Source: a virus (Duplodnaviria; Caudoviricetes). Taken from it: a DNA stretch of 64,000 bases. The stretch is from positions 12,363-76,362 of the IMG/VR virus record IMGVR_UViG_2834631226_000004, one strand, 5' to 3'. Below the pieces are notes generated by a model. It ran no database searches. It was not told the DNA's origin and saw only the letters and a program-made list of their open reading frames with translations. Position 1 is the stretch's first letter. Every line of letters begins with the position of its first letter. This document shows, in pieces, positions 63,045 to 64,000 of this stretch. The translations under genes and the position numbers were made by a program.

Positions 63045-64000
63045 AGGTCGCCAACCTTCGAGGGTACGATGCCGAATTAAAACTGGTTGAGGCGATCATC
63101 GCCTATGAGGCGGACGGTAAGTCTCCGCGCTTCCTAGATAAAATTGCGAAGGAGTGGGGGCATCTAAAGGTATCAGATATGAAACCGGCATGGGTGCGAT
63201 CCCATGCGCGTGACCTTTACCCTGATGCACTCCCCTCAACTCTCAACAGGCAAGTCATAACCCCTGTTCAGTCGGTGATAAATCATGCGTACCAGGCGCA
63301 GGACGGCAGGCAGATCAAAATCGAAAAATTCGAGGTGAAGGACGTAAAGAAAAAGTCGGCCGTCGACGGGGAATGGCACGAGAAGTTTGCCGCGCACGCA
63401 ATATCTCGACACATGGCGGTAATGGCCCGGTTCATGTATGAGACGGCCGCACGAATTAGCGAGGCTGTCCGAGTGAAGCCAGAGGATGTCAATTTGGCAG
63501 ATCGCACAGTCGCGCTCACGAAGACAAAGACCAAACCCCGCGTAACCCGAATATCTCAGCCGCTCGCCGACATGATTGCGGAGCTAATGGAGGCACCTCC
63601 TGTTCGGCACAGGAAGAATAAGCGCAAGATAAACGGCCTATTTGGATATGCAAGCCGACACGCCGTCTACAACGGATGGAAAGCAACTTGTGACCGAGCT
63701 GGCATCGCATACGCTCCACCGCACTCATCCGGACGTGTCTCATTTGCGACAGAGCTAGTTGTAAAAAGGGGCGTGGACGTCGTTACAGCGGCAAAACTTG
63801 GCGGATGGGCAAGCCCAAAAGTGATGATGGATACCTACGCAAAGGCCGACGAAGGACACGCGGTGATCGATAGCGTATTTGGGAACGGTGGCGGGAAAAC
63901 ATCCCAAAATAAGCACAAAATCGATATTGAAGGCACCGACCCGGAAAACGCAAGCGAAAACAACGCGTTAGAAATGAAAACAAAAAACGCTCGCCCTTAG
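62906..64000 (+). CDS. Tyrosine recombinase/integrase
   Basis: TAARISE, PHSSGR, LGGW, DTYA. Confidence 0.9.
   Translation: MATPFKRGKVYYHYYTDAKGKQRKRSTGLTSKKQAQEEADAFIARIKVANLRGYDAELKLVEAIIAYEADGKSPRFLDKIAKEWGHLKVSDMKPAWVRSHARDLYPDALPSTLNRQVITPVQSVINHAYQAQDGRQIKIEKFEVKDVKKKSAVDGEWHEKFAAHAISRHMAVMARFMYETAARISEAVRVKPEDVNLADRTVALTKTKTKPRVTRISQPLADMIAELMEAPPVRHRKNKRKINGLFGYASRHAVYNGWKATCDRAGIAYAPPHSSGRVSFATELVVKRGVDVVTAAKLGGWASPKVMMDTYAKADEGHAVIDSVFGNGGGKTSQNKHKIDIEGTDPENASENNALEMKTKNARP

Larger units (their letters stand above)
1..64000. mobile_element. Temperate siphovirus/prophage (HK97-like head, long tail), rhizobial host
   Basis: Complete terminase-portal-protease-capsid-tail-lysis set, cI, replication genes, tyrosine integrase; alphaproteobacterial promoter and LexA motifs. 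Confidence 0.97.

Noticed and set aside
63900-64000. att site or prophage boundary
   Set aside because: No matching direct repeat or host gene visible within the window

Overview
The window is almost entirely one temperate HK97-type siphovirus or prophage of a rhizobial (alphaproteobacterial) host. From left to right it holds: an accessory nucleotide-hydrolase/protease operon; a LexA-boxed SOS cassette with SRAP; lysis, tail, head and packaging genes on the minus strand, with opposite-strand morons; tRNA-fMet; a replication/recombination module (primase-polymerase/helicase, three DNA methyltransferases, SF2 helicase, sigma-like factor, phage beta-clamp); the immunity region; early right genes; and an integrase ending at the window edge. 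The main discovery is at 55.6-58.4 kb. Twelve stem-enclosed 36-nt units of the form GGCCN-N9-YGNAANCCN-N9-YGCC (nine in an array, three solitary) surround a nuclease-less IS110/Nop-domain gene. This looks like a TIGR-Tas-like RNA-guided system, located where cro would normally be. Other genome-wide signals are about 23 ANDN-type motifs, often with C-terminal AA, that resemble the alphaproteobacterial ssrA degron; a conserved-loop, variable-stem hairpin upstream of many RBSs; a second repressor with ACAAATTTGT operators; and clamp-binding-like ADLF motifs on the methyltransferases. All calls come from manual reading; no database searches were run.
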